In this document: one piece after another, positions 56,571 through 64,000 of the stretch
How positions within the stretch are numbered: position 1 is the first letter of the stretch
How the letters are laid out: each line of letters starts with the position of its first letter
Source: Candidatus Moraniibacteriota bacterium
GTDB taxonomy: Bacteria > Patescibacteriota > Minisyncoccia > Moranbacterales > UBA1568
Assembly: GCA_016699385.1 (NCBI GenBank)
Contig: CP064974.1
Span: 1,018,617 to 1,082,616 of the forward strand
DNA length: 64,000 nucleotides
Direction of reading: 5' to 3'
Notes under the pieces: generated by a model
The model's database searches: none
The model's input: the letters and a program-made list of their open reading frames with translations, nothing else
Told to the model about the DNA's origin: nothing
Program-made: the position numbers and the translations under genes

Positions 56571-56798
56571 CTATTTCTTTCTGAGAAAAGTATGAACAAT
56601 CATTGCCATAGGGCAGTATCCAGTGAGAGCGAAGAACATGAGCATGCCTCCGACAAAGAGTGTCACCCAATGAAATTCCGGATGAATGAAAATGCCAAGA
56701 AGTGTAAATAGTGCTACGAAGAGTCCTGCAATGAGGAAAACGATTCGGTCGACAGTCCACGCTTTTGTGTCAGCGCGATAGAGAGATGATTGAGACAT
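56571..56798 (-). CDS. DUF2892 (YgaP-like) small membrane protein
   Basis: 75 aa, two TM helices, 'LTGYCPM' conserved Cys. Confidence 0.55.
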   Translation of the reverse strand: MSQSSLYRADTKAWTVDRIVFLIAGLFVALFTLLGIFIHPEFHWVTLFVGGMLMFFALTGYCPMAMIVHTFLRKK

Positions 56799-56800
56799 AG

Positions 56801-56872
56801 AGACTTGTTAAGAAAGAATGTTTTTCGCGAAAATAGTGTGAGAAATATGTCTTATTGATTTTTTTAACAAGT
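56801..56872. repeat. ~70-nt intergenic repeat (copy D)
   Basis: 'ACTTGTTAAGAAAGAATGTTTTTCGCGAAAATAGTGTGAGAAATATG...TTGATTTTTTTAACAAG'; abuts start codon of DUF2892 gene on minus strand. Confidence 0.55.
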
Positions 56873-56904
56873 TTTATACTGTGAGGAGGAAGGTCTGCGA
56901 TTCT

Positions 56905-59900
56905 TTATTCTTCCCAATGTTTTCGCTCAAAGACGAAGTAGAGCAGAGGAAAGATGATGAGGGTGAGGAATGTCGAAGCGGAAAGCCCGAAGATGATAGA
57001 CCAAGCGAGTCCTTCCCAGACGGGGTCGCTGACGATAGTGAGTGAGCCGAGTATGGCGGCGAGTGATGTGAGGACAATCGGGAGAAGTCGGATGCGCCCG
57101 GCTTCGACGAGAGCTTCTCGTATCGGTCGACCAGAGTGCTTGAGCGGCTCGAGGTATTCCAGATAGATAATAGCATTTTTTACGGAGAGCCCAGAGAGGG
57201 CGATGACGCCAATCATAGATGTGGCATTGAAGTACGTTCCTTTGATTGCTTGAAGCAATGCAAATCCAGGGAGTATCCCTATGAGTCCGAGCGGAATGCT
57301 TATCATGATGAGTCCGGGTATGAGGAGCGATTTGGTCCGTGCTGCGAGAACGAAGAAGATGAGGAACATGACAACGCCCATCACGATGCCAAGATCGCGG
57401 AATACTTCGAGAGTCAGTTTCCACTCGCCACCGATTTCTACACGGTAGAGTTCGCCGGTTATTCGGTCGCGATAGGTGGTGCCGAGCGGTGACCAGGACA
57501 CTCGCTCGCCGACATTGTCCGGGAGGTGATAGTCGAGGAGGTAGGGGAACATATCAAGGACGGCATACACGATGCTTCGATCTCCCATTTCAGCGGATAC
57601 GTAGGTCGTTGCTTCTCGGTTATCGGAAAGGATTTCTCTCTCGACGGATTGGTCGATTGGTTCGAGGAGGGTGGTGAGTGATACGAGTCCCCCGGTTTTT
57701 CCGGCAACTTTGATATGCGAGAGGTCGTTCTCTTGAGTACGGTCTTCTTGTGTGAATCGGATTACAATATATTCAGGCTCCTTCTTTGATGTGCTGTTGT
57801 CTATTGAATCATGAAACAGCCCAATCTTTGATCCGGATAGCGCCGCGTGCAACGACATTTCGATATCGCGCAGTGAGACGCCGAGGAGGGAAGCTTTGTC
57901 GGTATTGATGCGATAGGTTGGATTGAGACTTTTCTCGGGAATCGAGGTGTCGATATCGACGACGCCTTTTACTGCGGCAGAGGCAAGTGCGAGATCGCGA
58001 GCGATGCGCTCACGCATCTCACTGTTCTCACCTTTTACTTTGAGGAGAAAGGTAGAGAGAACAGGCGGTCCGGGCGGATCTTCGATGATGCGCGTGAGTG
58101 CATTGGGGAATGCTTCATGGAAGTTGGCGAGGCTCTCTCGTATGCGGAAGGCAATGGACTCCGATGTGGTAACGCGAGCACTTGCTGTGGTGAGATGTGC
58201 CGTGAGTGTCGCTTGGCTTTCGAGATTTCTCCCGGAGCTTCCTTTGAAGAGACCATTGAAATCGACCACCGGAGCTGCGCCGACAAAGCTTTCCACACTG
58301 AGAATATCGGGATTTTGGAGGAGTGTTGTCTCAAGTGCTCTGGCTGTTCTATCGGTTGTCTCAAGGGCTGTTCCCTCCGGGAGATCGAGGTATACAGAGA
58401 AGTGATCCTTGTCAGCCTTGGGGAGCATGCGGAAGGGGACAAGTGGTGTGAATGGAAGTATGAGTGCGATGATGAGTGCTATCCCTGTCGCTGCGAGTGC
58501 TACGACTCGTTTTCTGGAATGAATGAGGAGCGCGGAAAGTGTCCGTTCATATACTCGCTCAATGTGTTCGAATGTTCGTACGAAAAAATTCTGACGCTCC
58601 GTGCTTGGACTATTATGACGTGGCATGGAAAGGAGAGCGAGAAACGGATTGAGTGTGACAGAGATGATGAGTGATGCAAAGAGCGCTGCCGGCACGAAGA
58701 AAGGAATTGGTCCCATGTAGGGTCCCATCATGCCACTGACAAATGCCATTGGGAGAAAGGCGAGTGCCATGGTGAGTGTCGAAAGTGCGAGTGCGCCACC
58801 GACTTCGTCGACGGCTCGCACGATGAGTTTGATTCGATTCTCATGCGGAGAGAGACGAAGTGACCGGACAATATTTTCTACGACGACGATGGCGTCATCG
58901 ACGAGGAGTCCGAGGGAGAGTATGAGCGCGAAGAGCGTGATGCGATTGATGGTTTGTCCTGCAAGGAGTCCGGCGCCGAAAACAGCGAGGAGTACAAGTG
59001 GAATCGATACTGAAGCGACAAAAGCATTTCTCAGTCCAAGAAACAGAGCAAGGAGTATACCAACAATGACGATTGATTTGATGAGGTCGAAGGAGAGTTT
59101 GGAGATTTCCTCGTGTGCAGTTTCTCCTTCATCGCGGAGGACGGATATCGAGACGGTATCCGGAATAAGGTCTTCACGGAGCGTATCGAGTTTCTGGAGA
59201 ACCTGACTGGATACGGTAGTGGCATTCTCTCCCTTGAGTTTGGAGAGCGCGATATGGACAGTTTCGACGGTTGGTTTGTTCTTTTCTGAGAGTCGAATGT
59301 ATTCTCTGATAGTGTCGGGCTCCAGAGAAATATCAGCAATATCTCCGAGTCGAAGTGTCAACCCATTTGTTTCGCGGAGGACGATATGAGAGAGCTCATT
59401 TGCATCGCGAATGTTTCCAGTGATGGTGATGAGTGGATTTTTGGTATTGCTCTGGATTTCATTAACCGAGAACGCCCCACTTGATTGATTGATGGCATTG
59501 ACAATATCGGCAATGGTAATACCTCGAGCAATGAGTGCCGAAGCATGTAATTTGATCTGGAGGTGGTTGATGCGACCGCCTTTTACGTCTGCGGTTGATA
59601 TGCCCGGTACGAGCTTGAGATAGTCTGAGACATCAATGGCGAGTTTGCGGAGGGAACTCTCGGAGAGTGTTGGTGATGCGAGCGCAATGTCGATAATGGG
59701 GACATCATCGGGGCGTATTGATTGAACGAGTGGAGTGGATACACCGAGGGGGAGCGTTGGCTGAATGTCCTGAATTTTTTGATTGAGCGCGATGGTTGCG
59801 CTTTCTTCGGAATATCCGACGAGGAATTTCACAATGACAATGCTTCGTCCCCCGACGAGTGATTGAGAGGATATAGCGTCTACTTTTGGAATTCCCAATA

Positions 59901-60183
59901 CGGCATCTTCTATTCGTCGAGTGAGGAGAGAACGGACTTCTTCTACAGAAGCATCAGAGAATTCTGTGGTTATGGAAAATGCTGGGGCGACGATTTCCGG
60001 ATTGTATTGCTTTGGCATGAACACAAAGGAAAGCGAACCCCAAATGATGAGTATGCCAATGGTGAGGAGTGAAATTTTCTGATTGGTGAGAAATATTTGA
60101 GCAGCTTTCCCGGCAAATCCGATGGATTGAGATTTGGATTTGTTAGGTGTCTCAGGTTGATGTTTCATGGACGAATCATTCAT
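56905..60183 (-). CDS. RND efflux transporter permease (AcrB/HAE family)
   Basis: 1092 aa, 12 TM, 'GLLVDDAIVVVENI' TM4 motif. Confidence 0.85.
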   Translation of the reverse strand: MNDSSMKHQPETPNKSKSQSIGFAGKAAQIFLTNQKISLLTIGILIIWGSLSFVFMPKQYNPEIVAPAFSITTEFSDASVEEVRSLLTRRIEDAVLGIPKVDAISSQSLVGGRSIVIVKFLVGYSEESATIALNQKIQDIQPTLPLGVSTPLVQSIRPDDVPIIDIALASPTLSESSLRKLAIDVSDYLKLVPGISTADVKGGRINHLQIKLHASALIARGITIADIVNAINQSSGAFSVNEIQSNTKNPLITITGNIRDANELSHIVLRETNGLTLRLGDIADISLEPDTIREYIRLSEKNKPTVETVHIALSKLKGENATTVSSQVLQKLDTLREDLIPDTVSISVLRDEGETAHEEISKLSFDLIKSIVIVGILLALFLGLRNAFVASVSIPLVLLAVFGAGLLAGQTINRITLFALILSLGLLVDDAIVVVENIVRSLRLSPHENRIKLIVRAVDEVGGALALSTLTMALAFLPMAFVSGMMGPYMGPIPFFVPAALFASLIISVTLNPFLALLSMPRHNSPSTERQNFFVRTFEHIERVYERTLSALLIHSRKRVVALAATGIALIIALILPFTPLVPFRMLPKADKDHFSVYLDLPEGTALETTDRTARALETTLLQNPDILSVESFVGAAPVVDFNGLFKGSSGRNLESQATLTAHLTTASARVTTSESIAFRIRESLANFHEAFPNALTRIIEDPPGPPVLSTFLLKVKGENSEMRERIARDLALASAAVKGVVDIDTSIPEKSLNPTYRINTDKASLLGVSLRDIEMSLHAALSGSKIGLFHDSIDNSTSKKEPEYIVIRFTQEDRTQENDLSHIKVAGKTGGLVSLTTLLEPIDQSVEREILSDNREATTYVSAEMGDRSIVYAVLDMFPYLLDYHLPDNVGERVSWSPLGTTYRDRITGELYRVEIGGEWKLTLEVFRDLGIVMGVVMFLIFFVLAARTKSLLIPGLIMISIPLGLIGILPGFALLQAIKGTYFNATSMIGVIALSGLSVKNAIIYLEYLEPLKHSGRPIREALVEAGRIRLLPIVLTSLAAILGSLTIVSDPVWEGLAWSIIFGLSASTFLTLIIFPLLYFVFERKHWEE

Positions 60184-61360
60184 GATGAGGAGTTTGCACG
60201 GTCATTCCTTCATGCAAGGAATGCATTCCTTCGGTGACAACCGTATCATTTGGATTGAGTCCGGAAATAATCTCCCGGGAGTCGCCAGAGCGACCTCCGA
60301 TTTTGACCGGTTGTTTGTGCGCGTGCGAATCAATGACAGTGAAAACGAATGTTTCATCGTATTGCCGCACTATGGCTGAATCTGGAATGAGTAGGGCTTC
60401 TCGTGCTGGTTCGATAGGAAATTCGACAGAGGTGTATTCTCCGGAAAGTATTGTCGGAGTGGTTTTGTCATTGGAATCGCGGAATCGTATGGTTGCAATG
60501 GTTTCACCAGTTGCTGCGTTTCCTGCGGGAGCGATTGAGAAAACGACACCGGCTACTTGTTGATTGGAATGTTCTGGTTGTATGGAGACGACAGTGTCTT
60601 TCTGGATAGATGTGGCAACGCGAAGTGGGACAGATATGGAAATCTCAAGACTGTCGGGCGAAAGTATACTGTAGAGTGTGTTCCCGGGACTCGTAAATGC
60701 GCCGATTACCCCGTGCTTTGCTGAAATAATTCCAGAGAATGGCGCTCGCACGAATCGATTTTCGAGAGAGTCTTTTGCGGTGATCTCAGCGCCCTGTATG
60801 GCGGCGACGGATGCTGTTGCTTGAGCGTTCTCGACATCTCGGAGTTTCTTTGCCGTTCGAACAGCGTCTTCGGCGACGCGGACATCTTTGCTGGTTGCTG
60901 AGCCTCTCTCTCGGTCATCTTTTACTTTTGAAAGGGATGTTTCTGCGGCGTCGACTTGTTGCCTTGTATAGTGTTCTGTTCGGTCGAGCGTGGCGAGTGC
61001 AGCTGTGAGTATGAGATTGGCGCTTTGATTGCTTGTAATAAGTTCATGTCCGTCGAGCACGGCCAAGAGATCTCCGGAGCGAACACGTTCGCCGGGCTCC
61101 TTGAGGAGTGAAATAATATACCCTGATGTTTTAGCTGAAATATCTGCCTGATGGATGCCTCGGACGAATCCGGAGAATGTTTCAGTTGACTGAAATGAAG
61201 AGAGTGAAACTGATTCGATTTTCACGGGAGTTGGAGGCGTTGCTACGAGGGAAGCGTTTTTTGTTTCGGCGCGGGCATGCCATATCCACGTTCCCGCGAG
61301 TATGATTCCAAAAAAAAGGAGGGAAATGAGAAAGTGTTTTCGCTTGAAAATATTTGGCAT
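60176..61360 (-). CDS. RND efflux periplasmic adaptor (membrane fusion protein)
   Basis: 394 aa, N-terminal TM, coiled-coil hairpin, beta-barrel/MP domains; 8-nt overlap with RND gene. Confidence 0.8.
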   Translation of the reverse strand: MPNIFKRKHFLISLLFFGIILAGTWIWHARAETKNASLVATPPTPVKIESVSLSSFQSTETFSGFVRGIHQADISAKTSGYIISLLKEPGERVRSGDLLAVLDGHELITSNQSANLILTAALATLDRTEHYTRQQVDAAETSLSKVKDDRERGSATSKDVRVAEDAVRTAKKLRDVENAQATASVAAIQGAEITAKDSLENRFVRAPFSGIISAKHGVIGAFTSPGNTLYSILSPDSLEISISVPLRVATSIQKDTVVSIQPEHSNQQVAGVVFSIAPAGNAATGETIATIRFRDSNDKTTPTILSGEYTSVEFPIEPAREALLIPDSAIVRQYDETFVFTVIDSHAHKQPVKIGGRSGDSREIISGLNPNDTVVTEGMHSLHEGMTVQTPHHE

Positions 61361-61402
61361 AGATTGTGTGCGGTTGCAATGAATGCAAATGTGTTGTGTT
61401 AT

Positions 61403-61675
61403 TTACTTGCTTTGAGCCGTGTTCACAATTTTTAGGAGTTCTTTATGGAGAGCTCTGAGTTGTTTTGCTTGATTACCGGAGAGTTTCTGGGCAGTGCGTT
61501 CCATATGACTCTCGAGCATGAGGAGATTTGCTGATTTGAGGAGCCCGATAACGGCGAGGTTTTGCTGTATAATTGGGAAACAATCAGTGTCTCGCGTATC
61601 AATGGCGGCAAGTATTTTTTCGAGGCTTGTCCGCGCCTTCTTGAGAGCGATAGAAATTTTTGCTTTCTGGTCCAT
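61403..61675 (-). CDS. CsoR/RcnR/FrmR-family (DUF156) metal-responsive repressor-like protein
   Basis: 90 aa helical; 'DCFPIIQQNLAVIGLLKSANLLMLESHM' with Cys/His at sensor positions; heads efflux operon. Confidence 0.5.
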   Translation of the reverse strand: MDQKAKISIALKKARTSLEKILAAIDTRDTDCFPIIQQNLAVIGLLKSANLLMLESHMERTAQKLSGNQAKQLRALHKELLKIVNTAQSK

Positions 61676-62040
61676 ATGGAGTGATGAATATATTAATCCC
61701 TATACCATAGGTATAGGTATACATGAAGAAAAGAGTCGTGTCAAATAAATAGCACATAGAATTGATTTGAGAAGATGGCGTACTCCCTGGAGTTTTACGG
61801 TGCTTCTCAGTGTATACATTGGTTTTGTGGGGAATTTTGTTTTATGGCATACTGAATCTAGATTCTACTTCAAAAATAATCTTTGCTTTACTTTCTGTAA
61901 ATTTTGACGGGAAATCATTCAAAATTCGTTAAAATATCTCGATATACCTCCTCGTTTTTCATGATTTTCCATTCAAATTTCCTAAAAAGCGTCGAAAGCT
62001 ATTTTTGAGATAGACTCTAGGAGAAATAAGAATCATCTGT

Positions 62041-62541
62041 ATGAATGAAAAATACAAAAAGGTTGTGACATTCGTATTGTTTTCCACGGTCATTATTGCC
62101 TCTCTTGGTATGTTTATGCTCTTCGCGAGATTTTTTGGATTTAGTGGTGGACTCGATAATGCAGCGACTGTGCAGATTTCTGGACCAGTGCTGATTGGAG
62201 AGAATGAGATATCTTTTACTCCGGATTCGCCACTTCGGATAAGTCGCACTTCAAGTAAGATATTGCTTCGGTCAGCAGCAATTCGAGATGCCGATCTCTT
62301 GCGAGGGACCATACTTCTTTCGGATGGTTCAATGCGGAAGGTGTCGGTTTCTTTGGAGGATGCTTCCGGGAGAGAGTATACACTTGTCCTGATGAGTGTA
62401 GGACCAGCGATTGGGTTTGGCTTCTCAGATGATGATTTTGCAACACTTGATAAGAATACGAGTTTTCGAGCAGTGAAGGTGCGCTCTGACGCACCGATTT
62501 CTCTCGATGCAATTGAATGGTATTCTTGGACTGGAAAATGA
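62041..62541 (+). CDS. hypothetical membrane-anchored protein
   Basis: 166 aa, N-terminal TM; overlaps start of nuclease gene. Confidence 0.4.
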   Translation: MNEKYKKVVTFVLFSTVIIASLGMFMLFARFFGFSGGLDNAATVQISGPVLIGENEISFTPDSPLRISRTSSKILLRSAAIRDADLLRGTILLSDGSMRKVSVSLEDASGREYTLVLMSVGPAIGFGFSDDDFATLDKNTSFRAVKVRSDAPISLDAIEWYSWTGK

Positions 62542-63062
62542 TGTCGAAGCGCATCACTCGGAAAACCTGGGCAACACTTGCTACCGCACTCATCACGCTT
62601 GTGATTGTGGCAATTGATGCTTTGCAACAGCCTGTCGATAGAGTGGATTCTCCGGAAGGGTCGCGCATATCGAGAGTGGTTGATGGTGATACTGTGGAAC
62701 TCGAGAGTGGACAGAAGGTTCGATATATTGGTATTGATACGCCAGAGACAGTTGATCCACGTCGTCCGGTCGGATGCTTTGGCAAGGAGGCGAGTGACAA
62801 GAATAAAGAGCTGGTAGATGGGAAAGATGTGCGACTTGTGAAAGACGTTTCTGAGACGGATAAATATGGGCGACTCCTGCGTTATGTATATGCTGGCGAT
62901 CTCTTTGTGAATGAATATCTCGTGCGTGAAGGATATGCCAAAGCATCGAGTTATCCGCCGGATGTGAAATATCGCGATCTCTTTCGTGAAGCGGAAGCGG
63001 ATGCTCGCATTAACAAACGCGGTCTCTGGGCGGATGATGCCTGCGGGGATGACGGCAAATGA
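62517..63062 (+). CDS. thermonuclease (staphylococcal nuclease/SNase-like), membrane-anchored
   Basis: 'VVDGDTVELESGQKVRYIGIDTPE', 'DKYGRLLRYVY', 'NEYLVREGYA'. Confidence 0.8.
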   Translation: MVFLDWKMMSKRITRKTWATLATALITLVIVAIDALQQPVDRVDSPEGSRISRVVDGDTVELESGQKVRYIGIDTPETVDPRRPVGCFGKEASDKNKELVDGKDVRLVKDVSETDKYGRLLRYVYAGDLFVNEYLVREGYAKASSYPPDVKYRDLFREAEADARINKRGLWADDACGDDGK

Positions 63063-63147
63063 TGTTTTTTGTTTCCATTCAGTGGCGTCTGAAGAAAAAT
63101 TTTGATACACTGAAAACTCGATTCATAACTTTTTAAGCAGTATATGT

Positions 63148-63627
63148 ATGAATACGGTATTTGCCGTTGTGATGGGAATGGCGATAGTAGTGGTTGGGAT
63201 GTTGTTCTATCGATCGTCGGATGCAGAGAATGGAAATATACAGGTTAATCAAATAACAGAAAATGCTATGATGCAGGATCAGCCAGCAAAGGATGTTGTG
63301 TCGGAACTCAAGATTGAGACAACGCAAGAAGGAACGGGTGAACGAGTGGTGAAGTCTGGCGATACTATCTCGGTTCACTATACCGGGCGACTGACAGATG
63401 GGACGAAGTTCGACTCAAGTGTCGATCGTGGGACGCCGTTTACCTTTACGATTGGGGCAGGGCAGGTAATCAAAGGTTGGGATGAAGGGCTTCTCGGTAT
63501 GAAGGTGGGTGAAAAACGGACACTTACAATTCCGGCAGATAAGGGCTATGGTGCAACCGGAGCAGGTGGCGTTATTCCTCCAAATGCGACACTTGTATTC
63601 GAAACAGAATTGGTATCGATACAATAA
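63148..63627 (+). CDS. FKBP-type peptidyl-prolyl cis-trans isomerase
   Basis: '[21 protein letters not shown]', '[27 protein letters not shown]'. Confidence 0.85.
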   Translation: MNTVFAVVMGMAIVVVGMLFYRSSDAENGNIQVNQITENAMMQDQPAKDVVSELKIETTQEGTGERVVKSGDTISVHYTGRLTDGTKFDSSVDRGTPFTFTIGAGQVIKGWDEGLLGMKVGEKRTLTIPADKGYGATGAGGVIPPNATLVFETELVSIQ

Positions 63628-63749
63628 ATAGTGATGGCATCTTTGCCCTTAGGAGAGCGAATATGTATGCATAAAAAACTCCCACATTGATCTGTGGGAG
63701 TTTTTTCATTTCGCACCTTTGGCGAATCGCTTTGCACTTGGTATCCGGA

Positions 63750-64000
63750 TTATTTTCCGAATCGTCCCATTCCACCTCCGCGACCATGTGCACCATCGCG
63801 CATACCGATGCCAACAAGCTCACTGGGTATGTTGTTTGATTCTGCCCAGGCTTTCATTTCATCTCGATGTTTCTCGGCATCTGCTCGGCGCTCTTCCGGT
63901 GTCATATTGCGACGCGCCTCGAGATTTGTTTCGCGTTCTTTTTGGAGTTCCTCATGTTTTGCGAGGATGAGGGATTTTTGTTCCTCAGTAATTGTCCCCT
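63750..64000 (-). CDS. partial CDS (3' end only), helical LTxxQ/Spy-CpxP-like? protein
   Basis: Reverse-strand frame reads '...EEQKSLILAKHEELQKERETNLEARRNMTPEERRADAEKHRDEMKAWAE...GGGMGRFGK*'; continues beyond window. Confidence 0.3.
   Translation of the reverse strand, partial: GTITEEQKSLILAKHEELQKERETNLEARRNMTPEERRADAEKHRDEMKAWAESNNIPSELVGIGMRDGAHGRGGGMGRFGK

Noticed and set aside
61959-63110. 383-aa minus-strand ORF
   Set aside because: Antisense to three well-supported plus-strand genes (hypothetical, SNase, FKBP upstream region); low-complexity composition; no motif.
1-64000. CRISPR array / rRNA search
   Set aside because: No regularly spaced short direct repeats and no rRNA-like conserved stretches seen.

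Overview
This 64 kb window reads as a bacterial chromosomal segment, with moderate GC and gene content reminiscent of small-genome or candidate-phyla bacteria, carrying one large inserted element.

From the left, the window holds a Mur ligase, a MacB/FtsX-type ABC pair, a membrane-anchored response regulator and a thioredoxin-fold membrane protein paired with a DsbA-like oxidoreductase. These are followed by xseA-xseB, two secreted/anchored proteins sharing an N-terminal module (esterase and LamG), KorAB 2-oxoacid:ferredoxin oxidoreductase, and a complete minus-strand SUF Fe-S operon (rrf2-sufC-sufB-sufD-sufS-sufU-fdx-sufT). Next come rpoD and a lone hypC.

A tRNA-Asn(GTT) at 22675-22746 is directly abutted by a large serine recombinase whose C-terminal 13 codons overlap the tRNA 3' half. 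An AT-richer, mosaic ~23 kb island follows (about 22.7-45.8 kb). It carries:
- a phage/plasmid-like replication module: Zn-finger/Toprim primase fused to a P-loop NTPase, plus hypotheticals;
- an Xis-like HTH gene;
- a complete type I R-M system (hsdM, hsdS, hsdR);
- a block of three large hypothetical genes flanked by ~70-nt direct repeats, containing a precise in-frame 'ghost' of a fic gene;
- a second Xis-like gene;
- a putative nuclease + DNA methyltransferase pair;
- a GmrSD-like (DUF262+HNH) type IV restriction gene;
- two tandem proteins each carrying an Rx4HG HEPN-like motif.

To the right are NUDIX, a GT9 glycosyltransferase, ASCH, M20 and S51 peptidases, a CARDB-like secreted protein, and an intact class II fic gene flanked by ~85-nt direct repeats. 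That fic promoter/operator is duplicated at the 36.5 kb remnant. The window ends with a TreT-like GT4, an RND efflux pump + MFP + CsoR-like regulator, a thermonuclease and an FKBP.

A ~70-nt intergenic repeat family occurs four times in the host backbone. It has terminal inverted repeats and an internal perfect 19-bp palindrome (CTGTTTTTCAGAAAAACAG).

The most novel candidates are the HEPN tandem, the repeat-flanked hypothetical block in the island, a transglutaminase-like::SufB fusion, and the palindromic repeat family. No CRISPR array or rRNA is present. All calls rest on motif reading by eye; no searches were run.
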